From positions 64,001 through 128,000 of the forward strand of contig CAVYTU010000013.1 of NCBI GenBank assembly GCA_963771465.1: DNA of 64,000 bases, written 5' to 3'. Made by a program: the position numbers and the translations under genes. The notes below the pieces were generated by a model. That model was not told where the DNA came from. It searched no databases and worked only from the letters and a program-made list of their open reading frames with translations. Numbering within the stretch: position 1 is the first letter of the stretch; every line of letters begins with the position of its first letter. Shown here one piece after another: positions 46,137 through 56,727 of this stretch. The DNA is from an uncultured delta proteobacterium (lineage in GTDB: Bacteria > Desulfobacterota > Binatia > UBA9968).

Positions 46137-48791
46137 TTATCGATTGAGAAAACGATCGAGGGCGTCGGGGAGCCACGCTTTGCCGTCGCGAGGTTCTGGG
46201 TCGGAGCGGGTTTCCGATTCACCGCGGTCGCCGCGCAAAGCTTGGGCGAGAGCGCGGTTGTCGAGTCTGATTCTCACGTCGGGAATCGTGCCGTCGGCGC
46301 GAAAGGTGATTGCCATGCGGCCGCGCCGGTCGAGCAGGTAGCGGAGCAGACGATAATCGCGTTGTACTTCTTGGGTGACCTTTGGCGAGAGCGAGATCAA
46401 ACCGTTCCATTTCGTCGTGCGGTCGAATCCGATCCAGCCGGCCCCGGTGACTGTGTATTCGGGAGTGACGATGACAAGATTCTCGCTCCGAATACGCGCA
46501 GGCTCGATGGTGAAATCGGCCTTCAAGGAGTCGAATGAGGTGTCGGGTTGGCTTACCAATCTTGCAAAACCAGGCGGCAGCCGGGCGGTCGTTTCGGTGG
46601 AAACGGTCGTGCCACTGCCGCGCAGCAACAGTTGGCTGACTAGATTGAAATCCTTAATCGCTCCCGCTCGGACCTCGGCTGCGCCGGAGCCGATAATCGC
46701 CCTGCCGATATTGCCGCCGGCTTTCGCTTCAACGGCGAGGCGGGCGTGACCGCTGAGTTGTCCGATGAATTTGTTGGGGAGTAGCGACAAACGCTGCGCC
46801 GCGAGGGAACGCAGATCGAGGTCATCACTTTGTGCCGTCACTTCAACCCGTCCGGGGTTAGTACCACCGCTTAGATAACCGTCAGCGCGAACGATACCGC
46901 CGAAGACTCGCAGCGATAAATTATTGAAGTCTAAGCCAGCTGCCGAATAAACGACATCCGCGCGCAAGTCGCGAAAGTCGAAATCTTGCAGCTTGCCGTC
47001 GCTCGCCGTGAGCTTACCCTTGAGCACGAACAGGTTTTTTTCATAGCGAATCTCACCCTTGGCGCCGGCGTTGTCGAGACGAACTTTTGGCGCCCTGTCG
47101 AGCGTCGGTAGGTCGGCGAGATTGAGCTGAACGGACTGAAGCCGGTAGGAGACGTTAGGTTCGAGCAGATTGGCCGCGACGCCGTCGAAAGCAAACTTCG
47201 AAGCGCCGAGACGAAAGTTTACGTTTTCAAACCTCGCTTGTCGGCCGGCAAAGACAATCGTACCGTTAACGGTGTCGATCTTGTGGCCGTTCTGGCGATG
47301 ATTGAACGTACCGTCGGTGAGCTTGAGTTGGCCGCGAATGCTCCAATCGTCCGCGCCCGGCAGGGATCGCCGGTCGATGGTAATATTCACATCAATCGCA
47401 CCGCCGACGCCGGCGTAAGCGGCAGGTGTGAAAATCCTACTCCAACCCGCTACGGTGCCTTGAGGGCTGGCGAGATTGAGTTGGAGCCGGGCTTCCTCGC
47501 CGACCGTGGCGCTGCCGCTGAAAACGATCTGGGTCGGCCCGCTGACCATCATCGACTCATGAAATAAATATTTTTGCTTCTGCCGTGAAATCTGCGCGCG
47601 GATATCCAAGGGCCGATCGAGAGGCTTGCGCAGCCAGTCATTGAAGCTAAGCTCGCTTTTGTCGGCGCGAACCAGCGCGCCCATGCGTAGAGTGCTCCAT
47701 GTGCCTTCGAAACGGCTGTAAGCGCTGATGGCGCCGTCAAGGGCGATGTTCGGCGACAGGTTTTCACGAAATATGCCGAGATTACGCAAGCGAGCGATGG
47801 GCAGTGATTCCAACGTCAGCTTGCCTTGCACGTAAGCGTCTTCCCAATTGCGCCGCTCGGTAAACTCGATCTTGCCAGTGACCACGGCGTTGTAATCGGA
47901 CGACCCGAACAGCGGCGCCTTAAGCGTCAGATCGTCGATGCGTGGGCGCGCCAAGGTGCCGGACAGTCTGGCTTGCAGCGACATGGGCCCGGTGACGTCG
48001 AGTTCACGAGGAATTTTATCGCGCAGATCGGCGATGGCGCGAGCAACGAGCGGCACATGAAGTGAGTCGAACCGCATCGACACGTCGAGGCCGCGTTGCT
48101 GCCAAGAACCGTTTGGCGGCCCGGGACTCAGCTCGCCGTCGATCCGCATGTCTTGTCCCGCTCCTTCGGTTAACGCCGCGGTCAAGCGGATTCGCATTTT
48201 GGCCGTCGGATCGAAGCCGCTGACCTTCAATGAGATATTTTTTAAGCGCAGCTCGGCGGGCACTTTGATGGAGCGGTCGAGATACTCGATCCGGCCGTCC
48301 TGAATGCGAAATTCACTGACGGCGATACGAACCGAACCACGTCCGTGCCTGCTCGCGCTAGAAGATGACTTAGTAGACTTTGTCGATTCTTGCAGTTTAC
48401 TGATTAGCTCGGTGAGGTTGAGCAAGCCGATCTCGTCGCTGATGATTTGCAGTTCAGGCTCCTTGAACGTCAGCGAATCGATGACGACGCGGCCAAACAC
48501 GAGTTCCCACAAACTCACGCCGAGGATCAATTCCTTGGCGCGCACGGCCGGAGTCGCGGCGAAACGGGCATCGTCGGCGATGCGAAATTCCTTGGCGGAA
48601 AACCCCAGGGTGCCGAGCAGATTGACTTCGAGGCTGGCAAAGCTGATCTCATTGCCGAGAAATTTTTGCAATTCCTGCTGCACCAGCTCGCGATTGCGGC
48701 CGGCTATCAGGTTGAAAGAGTACGCCAGACTCGCGGCCACGACGGCGCTGACGGCGAGCATGACTAACAGAATGTTGCGCGGGCTTTTCAT
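46137..48791 (-). CDS. AsmA family protein
   Basis: N-terminal membrane anchor, long beta-rich body, C-terminal FDSLKADFTI...GAGWIGF...GT..DV AsmA-like tail. Confidence 0.85.
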   Translation of the reverse strand: MKSPRNILLVMLAVSAVVAASLAYSFNLIAGRNRELVQQELQKFLGNEISFASLEVNLLGTLGFSAKEFRIADDARFAATPAVRAKELILGVSLWELVFGRVVIDSLTFKEPELQIISDEIGLLNLTELISKLQESTKSTKSSSSASRHGRGSVRIAVSEFRIQDGRIEYLDRSIKVPAELRLKNISLKVSGFDPTAKMRIRLTAALTEGAGQDMRIDGELSPGPPNGSWQQRGLDVSMRFDSLHVPLVARAIADLRDKIPRELDVTGPMSLQARLSGTLARPRIDDLTLKAPLFGSSDYNAVVTGKIEFTERRNWEDAYVQGKLTLESLPIARLRNLGIFRENLSPNIALDGAISAYSRFEGTWSTLRMGALVRADKSELSFNDWLRKPLDRPLDIRAQISRQKQKYLFHESMMVSGPTQIVFSGSATVGEEARLQLNLASPQGTVAGWSRIFTPAAYAGVGGAIDVNITIDRRSLPGADDWSIRGQLKLTDGTFNHRQNGHKIDTVNGTIVFAGRQARFENVNFRLGASKFAFDGVAANLLEPNVSYRLQSVQLNLADLPTLDRAPKVRLDNAGAKGEIRYEKNLFVLKGKLTASDGKLQDFDFRDLRADVVYSAAGLDFNNLSLRVFGGIVRADGYLSGGTNPGRVEVTAQSDDLDLRSLAAQRLSLLPNKFIGQLSGHARLAVEAKAGGNIGRAIIGSGAAEVRAGAIKDFNLVSQLLLRGSGTTVSTETTARLPPGFARLVSQPDTSFDSLKADFTIEPARIRSENLVIVTPEYTVTGAGWIGFDRTTKWNGLISLSPKVTQEVQRDYRLLRYLLDRRGRMAITFRADGTIPDVRIRLDNRALAQALRGDRGESETRSDPEPRDGKAWLPDALDRFLNR

Positions 48792-48944
48792 CGCACCTGC
48801 GAGGGCGCGCCAAAAGTGATTCTAGAAACTCTGCCGATGATGATTGGCTGGAAAATGCGAATGGCGGCCAAGGTCAATTGATATCATGCCGTCGCAACTG
48901 TTGCAGCGAACGCCGGATAATTTATTTCGCCGTGATGCCGCGCT

Positions 48945-50144
48945 TTAGTTCACGCGCTCGACGACGGTGGCGATGCCTTGGCCGACGCCGATGCACATGG
49001 TCGCTAGGCCGTAACGGCTGCCGCGTTTTTTCATTTCATGAATGAGCGTCGTCACGATGCGCGCGCCGCTGCAGCCGAGCGGATGGCCAAGCGCGATGGC
49101 GCCGCCGTTGACGTTGAGCTTATTCAAGTCGATGCCCAGCTCCCGGGCGCAGGCGAGCACCTGGGACGCGAACGCTTCGTTCAACTCCACCAAATCAATT
49201 TGGTCGATGGTCAGGCCGGCGCGCTTCATGGCCTTCTGCGCCGCCGGGATCGGCCCGATGCCCATGTAGTTGGGATGGACGCCGGCGGCGGCCGAGGCGA
49301 CGATGCGCGCCAACGGCTTGAGCTTGAGCTGCTCGGCTTTCTCAGGCGTCGTGATCAGCAGCGCCGCGGCGCCGTCGGAGAGTGGCGAGGAATTGCCCGC
49401 GGTGACGCTGCCGCCCTTTTTGAAGCTCGCTTGCAAGCCGGCCAGAATCTCCAAGGTGGTATCGGCGCGCGGTCCTTCGTCTTTGTCGTGGACGACGGTC
49501 TTGCCGCGCTGGACTGTTTCAAAGGGCATGATTTCGTCTTTGAGCCGGCCGTCTTGCTGCGCCTTGAGCGCTTTCTGGTGGCTGGAGAGCGCCAGCTTGT
49601 CTTGGTCTTCGCGGTTGATCTGATATTTTTCCGCGACGTTCTCGGCGGTCTCACCGTTGTTGATGAGGGAGTAAAGCTCGCCCATGCGCTTGTTGGGAAA
49701 GCGCCAGCCCAGGGAGCTGTCGTACATTTGCACATCGCCGCGCTGAAAGGCATTGGCCGGCTTCGCCATCACCCAGGGGCCGCGCGTCATGCTCTCGACT
49801 CCGCCGGCAACGAACAGGTCGCCATGATCGGTCTCGACGGCGCGTCCCGCTTGATTGATCGCTTCGAGGCCGGAGCCGCATAGCCGGTTTATCGTGGCGC
49901 CGGGTATCGTGTAGGGAAGTCCCGCTAGCAGCGAGGCGTTGCGCGCGACGTTGCGCGAGTCTTCGCCGGCTTGATTGGTGCAGCCGAAATAGACGTCTTC
50001 GATCTCGTCTTTATTGATGCCGGTCTTGGCGACCAATTTCGCGATGATATAAGCCGCGAGGTCGTCGGTGCGAACGTCTTTGAAGATGCCACTATGCCGG
50101 CCCATGGGCGTGCGCACGGCTTCGACGATGACTGCTTCTCTCAT
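48945..50144 (-). CDS. paaJ: Thiolase (PaaJ/PcaF-like 3-oxoadipyl-CoA thiolase)
   Basis: NQAGED.RNVAR, NRLCGSG, ELNEAFA, GGAIALGHPLG, MCIGVGQG; in an operon with paaF/G/H-like genes. Confidence 0.85.
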   Translation of the reverse strand: MREAVIVEAVRTPMGRHSGIFKDVRTDDLAAYIIAKLVAKTGINKDEIEDVYFGCTNQAGEDSRNVARNASLLAGLPYTIPGATINRLCGSGLEAINQAGRAVETDHGDLFVAGGVESMTRGPWVMAKPANAFQRGDVQMYDSSLGWRFPNKRMGELYSLINNGETAENVAEKYQINREDQDKLALSSHQKALKAQQDGRLKDEIMPFETVQRGKTVVHDKDEGPRADTTLEILAGLQASFKKGGSVTAGNSSPLSDGAAALLITTPEKAEQLKLKPLARIVASAAAGVHPNYMGIGPIPAAQKAMKRAGLTIDQIDLVELNEAFASQVLACARELGIDLNKLNVNGGAIALGHPLGCSGARIVTTLIHEMKKRGSRYGLATMCIGVGQGIATVVERVN

Positions 50145-50887
50145 GATTTCACCTGACCTTCTTGATAACGGTAAAATCCTCGGCCGCTACTCTCGCCGAG
50201 GAATCCGGCGATAACCAATTTTTTCAACAGCGGCGCCGGGCGATAGCGGTCATCGCCGGTCTCGCGCTGCAAGCCTTCGAGCACGGCGAGCACCTCGTCC
50301 ACGCCGATTTGATCGGCCCACTTGAGCGGCCCTTGGGGATAATTGACGCCCAAGCGCATGGCCACGTCGATCTCATCCGCGCTGGCGACGCCCTCTTCGA
50401 GACTGCGCGCGGCTTCGTTGATGATCAAACTCAAAATGCGCGGAAAAGTCAGGCCCGGCGCGTCTTTGACCCGAACGGTGTCTTTGCCGAGGGATTTGAA
50501 TAGCTGCTCTGCCTGCACCAGAGACGGCTCGCTGGTTCTAAGGCCGCCGGCCAATTCGATCAATTTTCGATCCTTGAGCGGATAAAATGTCGCGAAGCCG
50601 GCAAGCCGTTCCGGTTTTTTGATCCACGCAGACATCTGCGTCACGGTGAAGCGCAGGCAAGTGCTGACGATGACGGACGCCGGCGGCAACGAAGCGTCGA
50701 GACGTTGCAACACGGCGCGCTTTTTATCTTCGGCGCCGCTTTCCGTATCGATGACAAAGTTGGTCGTCGCCGACACCGCCGTGGCATCGTTGAGTTGTGA
50801 TGTCTCCAAGCCTTGCGCTTGTCCTAAGGCGCGCAGCTCTTCGGCGAGGCGGTTTTTGCCGATAATCGCAACGCTACTTTTTGTCAT
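50141..50887 (-). CDS. 3-hydroxyacyl-CoA dehydrogenase family protein (PaaH C-terminal-half-like)
   Basis: Degenerate Rossmann fold; [38 protein letters not shown]. Confidence 0.85.
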   Translation of the reverse strand: MTKSSVAIIGKNRLAEELRALGQAQGLETSQLNDATAVSATTNFVIDTESGAEDKKRAVLQRLDASLPPASVIVSTCLRFTVTQMSAWIKKPERLAGFATFYPLKDRKLIELAGGLRTSEPSLVQAEQLFKSLGKDTVRVKDAPGLTFPRILSLIINEAARSLEEGVASADEIDVAMRLGVNYPQGPLKWADQIGVDEVLAVLEGLQRETGDDRYRPAPLLKKLVIAGFLGESSGRGFYRYQEGQVKS

Positions 50888-51740
50888 AGCTGTAAAAACC
50901 CCGTCCGGTTTTACGCCCAAGATTGCCGCCGGCGACCATGCGTTGTTGGATCGGGCTCGGACGAAATCGGGGATCTTCAAAAAAAGAGCGGTAGAGCGAC
51001 TCGGTGGCGGCGAAGTTGATGTCGTTGCCGATCAAGTCCATGAGCTCAAACGGCCCCATGCGGAAGTTACCGGCCTCCTTCATGATGCGGTCGATGGTTT
51101 CCACCGAAGCATCGCCGTCGCCGAGGACGCGCAAGCCTTCGTTGTAAAACGGCCGGGCAACGCGATTGACGATGAACCCCGGCGTATCTTTGGCGCGCGC
51201 CGGCGTTTTGCCCATCGCCTTCATCAGCGCCGTGGCTTTCTCCATCGTCGCCGCGCTGGTGCGGTCGCCTTGAATCACTTCGACCAAGGCCATGAGCGGC
51301 GGCGGATTGAAAAAATGCAGTCCCAGCACGCGTTCTTGATGAACGGCGCTGGCGGCGATGGCGGTGACGTTGAATGACGAGGTATTGGTTGCGAGCAGTG
51401 TTTCTGGTGCGCAAATGGCGTCGAGTTGCTTGAAAATATCGCGCTTGAGCTCAAGCTTTTCCGGCGCGGCTTCGATGACCAATGCGCTGCCGTGGGTGTC
51501 TTCGAGACGGATGCTGGCGCGCAAACGGCCGAGAATCTCTTGCTCTTGCTCGGCGCTTAGCTTGCCGCGCAGACGGCTGCCTTCGAGAAAACTTTTCACC
51601 CGTCCCAAACCGGTGTCAATAAACTCCTGCTTGACGTCATAGATAAGCGTTTCGAAGCCCGCCTGCGCCGCCACCTGAGCGATCCCCGCGCCCATGGTGC
51701 CGGCGCCGAGGACGGCGATTTTTTCTGCTTTGTTGGCCAT
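50874..51740 (-). CDS. paaH: 3-hydroxyacyl-CoA dehydrogenase (PaaH-like)
   Basis: [55 protein letters not shown]. Confidence 0.85.
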   Translation of the reverse strand: MANKAEKIAVLGAGTMGAGIAQVAAQAGFETLIYDVKQEFIDTGLGRVKSFLEGSRLRGKLSAEQEQEILGRLRASIRLEDTHGSALVIEAAPEKLELKRDIFKQLDAICAPETLLATNTSSFNVTAIAASAVHQERVLGLHFFNPPPLMALVEVIQGDRTSAATMEKATALMKAMGKTPARAKDTPGFIVNRVARPFYNEGLRVLGDGDASVETIDRIMKEAGNFRMGPFELMDLIGNDINFAATESLYRSFFEDPRFRPSPIQQRMVAGGNLGRKTGRGFYSYDKK

Positions 51741-51799
51741 GGTTTTTTGCTGTTTCGAGTTTCGCGTTCTAACTCGGAACTAGCAACCCAAAACAAATT

Positions 51800-52579
51800 T
51801 TATTTCCCGGTAAATACCGGCGCGCGTTTTTCCAGAAACGCTTTCACGCCTTCGTCGTAGTCGGCGCTCCGGCCGGCGATCTCTTGCAAGTGCGCTTCGT
51901 ATTCCAAGTCCGATTCGACATTGGGCAAATTCGCATGATTGACGGCGCGCTTGATCAAGCCGATGCCGCGCGGCGCGCGGGCGACTTGTTCGGCGATGGC
52001 GCGCGCCGACGCGGCGAATTCCGCCGCCGGGAAAACCCGCGCCACTAAACCGATGCGCTGCGCTTCGTTGGCATCGACGGTATCGCCGAGCAGCAAGAGC
52101 TCCATCGCTTTGCTCAGGCCGACGAGCCGGGGGAGAATAAAGCTGCCGCCGGAATCCGGCGCTAGGCCGACGCGTACGAAGGACTGAATGAATTTGGCTT
52201 CATCCGACGCTAGGCGCAAATCGCAAGCGAGGGCAAAGTTGCAGCCGGCGCCGGCGGCAACGCCATTGACCGCGGCGATGACGATTTTCTCCATGGCGCG
52301 AATCTGCCGGATCATCGGATTGTACTTTTCCCGTAGCGAGGCGCCCAACGAGCCTTTCTGCTCCGGCGTGCGGCCTTTCAAATCCTGCCCGGCGCAAAAC
52401 GCCCGGCCGGCGCCGGTGATCATAACGCAGCGTACTTCTTGGTCGCGTTCGCCGTCGCGCAAGGCTTCGAGCACTTCCTTGTTCATCTGCGGGATAAAGG
52501 CATTTAGCGACTGCGGCCGGTTGAGCGTGATTGCAGCCACGCCCTTTCGTTTTTCGTAGATTATGGTTTCGTAGGCCAC
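51800..52579 (-). CDS. paaG: Enoyl-CoA hydratase/isomerase (PaaG-like)
   Basis: GRAFCAGQDL, YNPMI, AVNGVAAGAG, GLAPDSGG, LPRLVG motifs. Confidence 0.8.
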   Translation of the reverse strand: MAYETIIYEKRKGVAAITLNRPQSLNAFIPQMNKEVLEALRDGERDQEVRCVMITGAGRAFCAGQDLKGRTPEQKGSLGASLREKYNPMIRQIRAMEKIVIAAVNGVAAGAGCNFALACDLRLASDEAKFIQSFVRVGLAPDSGGSFILPRLVGLSKAMELLLLGDTVDANEAQRIGLVARVFPAAEFAASARAIAEQVARAPRGIGLIKRAVNHANLPNVESDLEYEAHLQEIAGRSADYDEGVKAFLEKRAPVFTGK

Positions 52580-52590
52580 GGTTTGTCTCG

Positions 52591-53364
52591 CTACTTGCCT
52601 TTGAATTCCGGTTTGCGCTTTTCGAGAAAGGCTTTCATGCCTTCAGTGCGATCTTCTGAGGCGAACAGCAGATAAAACGATTTGCGTTCAAACTCCAAGC
52701 CTTCGTCAAGCGCGCTGTTGGCCGCTTTGAGCACCGCTTCTTTGGCCGCTTTGATCGCCAGCTGTGGTTTGGCGGCGATTTTCTTGGCGATGTTTTTCGC
52801 TTCTTCGAGACAAAGCTCGCCGGGCACGACGCGATTGACCAAGCCGAGGCGTTCGGCATCGGCGGCGTTGAGCATGTCACCGGTCAGGACCAATTCCATG
52901 GCGCGATATTTACCCAGGACGTGAGTCAAGCGTTGGGTGCCGCCGCTGCCGGGGAGGATTCCTAAATTCACTTCTGGCTGGCCGAAGCGCGCCGATTCGG
53001 CCGCGACGATGATGTCACAGCTCATGGCGAGCTCACAACCGCCGCCTAGAGCGAAGCCGTTCACCGCCGCGATCACCGGTTTCGATATCTGGTTAATCTG
53101 GTCGCGATAGGCGAGCCGCTCTTGAATGCGTTCGTCGAACGGACCGCGCTCGGCCATTTCTTTGATATCGGCGCCGGCGGCGAAGACTTTTTCTCCGCCA
53201 GTGACGATGATCACGCGCACTTCTACGTCGTGATCGAGTTCCTGCATGGCCAGCGACAGGTCTTTAACTAGACCGTAGGAAAGCGCGTTGAGAGCTTGCG
53301 GGCGATTGAGCGTGACGACGGCGACGGCGCCGTCTTTTTCGACGATAACGTTATCAAAGTCCAT
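52591..53364 (-). CDS. paaF: Enoyl-CoA hydratase (PaaF-like)
   Basis: [37 protein letters not shown] motifs. Confidence 0.82.
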   Translation of the reverse strand: MDFDNVIVEKDGAVAVVTLNRPQALNALSYGLVKDLSLAMQELDHDVEVRVIIVTGGEKVFAAGADIKEMAERGPFDERIQERLAYRDQINQISKPVIAAVNGFALGGGCELAMSCDIIVAAESARFGQPEVNLGILPGSGGTQRLTHVLGKYRAMELVLTGDMLNAADAERLGLVNRVVPGELCLEEAKNIAKKIAAKPQLAIKAAKEAVLKAANSALDEGLEFERKSFYLLFASEDRTEGMKAFLEKRKPEFKGK

Positions 53365-53531
53365 GGTGATTGAGCTTTAAGACATACACCATGGTAGAGG
53401 GCGATTCAAGAAATGCGCCGCTGCGTGGATGCTACTGACAAAGCGGGTTTTCACATTTTCTGGCGCCGTGCCGCGCCTTAGCGCGCCGCCGTTTGACACC
53501 CTGGAGTCGATTTGTAACTATCCTGCCATCC

Positions 53532-54215
53532 ATGTCCAACCGTCTCGAACCTGCAACGCGGCACTACGACGAAAAGCTGCAACAGATTCTTAAAACCTCG
53601 GCGAAAATTTTCGCTGAAAAGGGATTTCATCACACCTCGGTGCGCGACATCGCGCGCACGACCAAGATGAGTTTGTCGGGCTTGTACTACTATTTCACGA
53701 CCAAGGAAGAACTGCTCTATCTGATCCAGGAACGCTGCTTCATGACCCTGTTGCAGCGCTGGGAACAAAGCGGCTCGCCGGACTTGGATGTGCGCGCGCG
53801 CATCCGCGCCTTTGCGGAGAATCATCTGAGTTTTTTTCTTCATAACATGCCCGAAATGAAAGTGATGGCCCATGAAGATGAGTCGCTAACCCGCGAGTTT
53901 GATGACAAAATCCTCGTGCTGAAGCGCCGCTACGTCAAAGTGATCATGGACCTGATCGGCGAGCTGCAAGAGCAGGACGGCGCCAAGGGTGTCGATCTGC
54001 GCTTGGCGACATTCTCGCTGTTCGGTATGATGAACTGGATCTATACCTGGTACCAACCCAAGCGCGATCTGCCGGTGGGGCAGCTGATCGATCAAATGTT
54101 GCGCGTGTATTTTTTCGGTTTGCTCAACGCGGGCAATTCCGATGAAGGCTGGTTCACGGCGCGCGCAACGGCGAATCAGAAGGACGCTTATTCACTGTGG
54201 CAGAATAGACGTTGA
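53532..54215 (+). CDS. TetR/AcrR family transcriptional regulator
   Basis: FAEKGF..TSVRDIA...GLYYYF.TKEELL HTH and GMMNWIYTWY; divergent from the paa-like operon. Confidence 0.93.
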   Translation: MSNRLEPATRHYDEKLQQILKTSAKIFAEKGFHHTSVRDIARTTKMSLSGLYYYFTTKEELLYLIQERCFMTLLQRWEQSGSPDLDVRARIRAFAENHLSFFLHNMPEMKVMAHEDESLTREFDDKILVLKRRYVKVIMDLIGELQEQDGAKGVDLRLATFSLFGMMNWIYTWYQPKRDLPVGQLIDQMLRVYFFGLLNAGNSDEGWFTARATANQKDAYSLWQNRR

Positions 54216-54335
54216 GCCGAGCAGGCGATAGTTAAAAGGTAAAATCAAGGGGCCTGGAACTGGTTGGTCTCCGAAGGATTTTCCTTTTTCCAGTTGCCTT
54301 TAGAATGGGTCGGTTCAAGTTCAATGGGAGTTGTT

Positions 54336-54869
54336 ATGAGTCTTTTACGCATCGGCGATCTGGCGCCGGAGTTTAAAGTCAAAGGAATCTTGCGCGGACA
54401 AGTCGCCGACTATTCACTGGCCGGATACAAGGGCAAATGGCTGGTGCTGTTTTTCTATCCGGCCGATTTCACTTTCATTTGCCCGACGGAAGTCACCGGC
54501 TTCAGTAAAATGGCCAAGGATTTTGCCGCCGAAGGCGCCGCGATTCTCGGCGTCAGTGTCGACTCCATCGACAGCCACCAGTCGTGGGCCGAAGAGTTAG
54601 GTGGTTTGGAATACCCGTTGCTGAGCGACGAAGCGAAAACACTTAGCCGTGCTTACGGTGTGCTCGATGAGAAAGAAGGCGTGGCGTCGCGCGCGACTTT
54701 TATCATCAATCCCGCCGGCGTTATTTTCTATCAGGTGGTCAGTCACGTCAACGTCGGCAGGAGCGTGGAAGAAACGTTGCGCGTTCTAAAAGCGCTGCGC
54801 ACCGAGCGGCTCTGTCCGTCCGATTGGAAACCAGGCGAGGCGACGGGAGATTTGGCGCTAAAATATTAG
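54336..54869 (+). CDS. 2-Cys peroxiredoxin (AhpC/TSA)
   Basis: FFYPADFTFICPTE and resolving LCPSDWKPG; GRSVEETLRV. Confidence 0.94.
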   Translation: MSLLRIGDLAPEFKVKGILRGQVADYSLAGYKGKWLVLFFYPADFTFICPTEVTGFSKMAKDFAAEGAAILGVSVDSIDSHQSWAEELGGLEYPLLSDEAKTLSRAYGVLDEKEGVASRATFIINPAGVIFYQVVSHVNVGRSVEETLRVLKALRTERLCPSDWKPGEATGDLALKY

Positions 54870-54872
54870 AAC

Positions 54873-54960
54873 AATGGAAAATGGATAATGGATAATTTCG
54901 GATTTCGAGAGCGCCGTGCTTGTTCCTCAATTTTCAATTATCCATTTCCCATTATCAATT
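54873..54960. repeat. Inverted pair of 7-mer tandem arrays (AATGGAT / ATCCATT)
   Basis: aatggaa aatggat aatggat aatt ... ctcaatt ttcaatt atccatt tcccatt atcaatt, able to form a hairpin. Confidence 0.75.
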
Positions 54961-54965
54961 GATCT

Positions 54966-55694
54966 ATGTCCCTCGACACCATCCAGCAAAAAAAGCAGGT
55001 TATCGAAAGCCGCGCGCGCATCCGCGAGTTCGTCTTCGGCATTCAAGACGGCTTGATCAGCACCGTCGGGCTGCTCGCCGGCATCCAGGGCGCTACAGAA
55101 AACAATCTCGTCGTGATCGTGACCGGCTTGACCGCAATGTTTTCCGGCGCGATCTCGATGGCTACGGGATCCTATCTCTCGTCCGGCGCGCAGAAAGATA
55201 TTTTCGACAAAGAGATCGCCGATGCCGAGAAGCTCGCCACGAGCGAACCTTATCTCGCCGCTGAGGGACTGCTGAAAGCGCTCGGTGACGAGGGACTGAG
55301 CAAGGAACAAAGTTATCGCATGGTGAAGGTGTTGTTGCTCGAACGCAACGTGTTTTTGCGCACGTTCCAAGAAAAAGTTTTCGGTCTGGGCAGCGCCGAA
55401 ATCAATCAGCCGCTCAAGGCCGCGTCGGTGATGGGTTTGTCTTTCATTATCGGCGCGGTCATTCCGCTCCTTCCTTATATCGCGATGGCCGGTGTGCCAG
55501 CGCTTTATGTATCGGCGCTCTTAAGCGCGCTGACCTTGTTTGTCGTCGGCGCGTTCAAAGGTCATCTTGCCGGCCAGTCGTGGTTGGTTTCCGGTGGTAA
55601 ATTTTTCGTGATCGCCGTCAGTGCGACAGGATTGGGATACCTGATTGGTCTCGTTGTGCAGTGGTTCTTTCCGGGGATCTCGATCCCGGCTTAG
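54966..55694 (+). CDS. VIT1/CCC1 family iron/manganese transporter
   Basis: REFVFGIQDGL, GAISMATGSYLS, SFIIGAVIPLLPY motifs. Confidence 0.93.
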   Translation: MSLDTIQQKKQVIESRARIREFVFGIQDGLISTVGLLAGIQGATENNLVVIVTGLTAMFSGAISMATGSYLSSGAQKDIFDKEIADAEKLATSEPYLAAEGLLKALGDEGLSKEQSYRMVKVLLLERNVFLRTFQEKVFGLGSAEINQPLKAASVMGLSFIIGAVIPLLPYIAMAGVPALYVSALLSALTLFVVGAFKGHLAGQSWLVSGGKFFVIAVSATGLGYLIGLVVQWFFPGISIPA

Positions 55695-55747
55695 ATTCAA
55701 ACCCTCACCCTTCCCTTTGCCATCGGAATGAGCGAGGGTAAGATTCG

Positions 55748-56623
55748 TTAGACTGCGATAAGACTTCGCAGCAGCGTCAGATTCTCGCGGTCTTCTTTGA
55801 GATCCGGCCCCTTCGGCGTCTCCAAACACATCGGCAGGCCCCAAAAGCGTTGGTCGTTCATCAGCAGGCGAAAGGCTTCGACTCCGATAAAGCCTTTGCC
55901 AATATGCTCGTGGCGGTCGACCCGGGAGTGAAATTCTTTTTTCGAATCGTTGAGGTGGAACGCCGCCAGCAGGCTGATGCCGATGGCTTCGTCGAATTCG
56001 CTGAAGGTTCTTTCGTAGCCTTCTTGGGTTCGCAGATCGTAACCGGCGGCGAAGGCGTGCTCGGTGTCGAAACAGACGCGAAGACGATCACAGTCTTTGG
56101 TCGCGTCGATCATGGCGCTGATCTGCTCGAAGCGGTAGCCGAGATTCGAACCCTGGCCGGCGGTGACTTCCAGTGTGACTTTGACGATGAATTTCGGGCA
56201 AGCTTTGTGGATTTCATCCAACGATTTGGCGATGGTCTTGATTCCTGCCAACTCGCCGGCGCCGACGTGGGCGCCGGGATGAGCGATCAGATTCGACACG
56301 CCGAGAACTTCGCAGCGCTCCATTTCGTCGATGAACGCGGCAACCGAGCGCTGGCGCAATGCCGCGTCGGGGGAGCCGAGATTGAGCAAATAGGAGTCGT
56401 GGGCGACCACCGACGTGATGCCGGTTTCTTTGCGGTTGGCGTGGAACTGGGCAATCTCGTCTTTGTCCAACGGTTTTGACGCCCACTGGCGCGACGACTT
56501 GGTAAAAATCTGAATCGCCTCGCAGTCGACCTTCCGGCCTTCAAGAAAGGCGTTGCCGACGCCACCGGCGATGGACATGTGAGCGCCCAATAATGGGCCT
56601 CGTGGAGTGTTTGTGGTCTTCAT
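55748..56623 (-). CDS. nfo: Endonuclease IV
   Basis: LGAHMSIAGG, HDSYLLNL, HPGAH, EVTAGQG, DTEH, HLNDS, DRHEHIG, LETP. Confidence 0.96.
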   Translation of the reverse strand: MKTTNTPRGPLLGAHMSIAGGVGNAFLEGRKVDCEAIQIFTKSSRQWASKPLDKDEIAQFHANRKETGITSVVAHDSYLLNLGSPDAALRQRSVAAFIDEMERCEVLGVSNLIAHPGAHVGAGELAGIKTIAKSLDEIHKACPKFIVKVTLEVTAGQGSNLGYRFEQISAMIDATKDCDRLRVCFDTEHAFAAGYDLRTQEGYERTFSEFDEAIGISLLAAFHLNDSKKEFHSRVDRHEHIGKGFIGVEAFRLLMNDQRFWGLPMCLETPKGPDLKEDRENLTLLRSLIAV

Positions 56624-56628
56624 AACAT

Positions 56629-56720
56629 TTTGAACGGCTTGAACGATTTGAACCTTTTGAACGAATTAAAACCGCGGCATTTGGTTTAAGCCGTTAAAGT
56701 CGTTCAAAACGTTCAAGTCG
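56629..56720. repeat. Inverted pair of 9-mer tandem arrays (TTGAACnnn / nnnGTTCAA)
   Basis: ttgaacggc ttgaacgat ttgaacctt ttgaacg ... gtttaagcc gttaaagtc gttcaaaac gttcaagtc. Confidence 0.75.
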
Positions 56721-56727
56721 TGTTCGG

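Noticed and set aside
50874-50890. Programmed frameshift fusing the two 3-hydroxyacyl-CoA dehydrogenase genes at GAC AAA AAG TAG
   Set aside because: The downstream gene is in the +1 frame, not -1, the heptamer is not A AAA AAG, and the gene has its own ATG in the overlap.
55699-55742. CCCTCACCCT...GAGGG palindrome-like sequence (similar degenerate one at 3909-3940)
   Set aside because: Probably decayed REP-type hairpins, but too degenerate to define boundaries or claim a family.
56629-56720. Short repeated units considered as a CRISPR array
   Set aside because: The period is 9 bp with no unique spacers and no cas genes; no CRISPR array was seen anywhere in the window.
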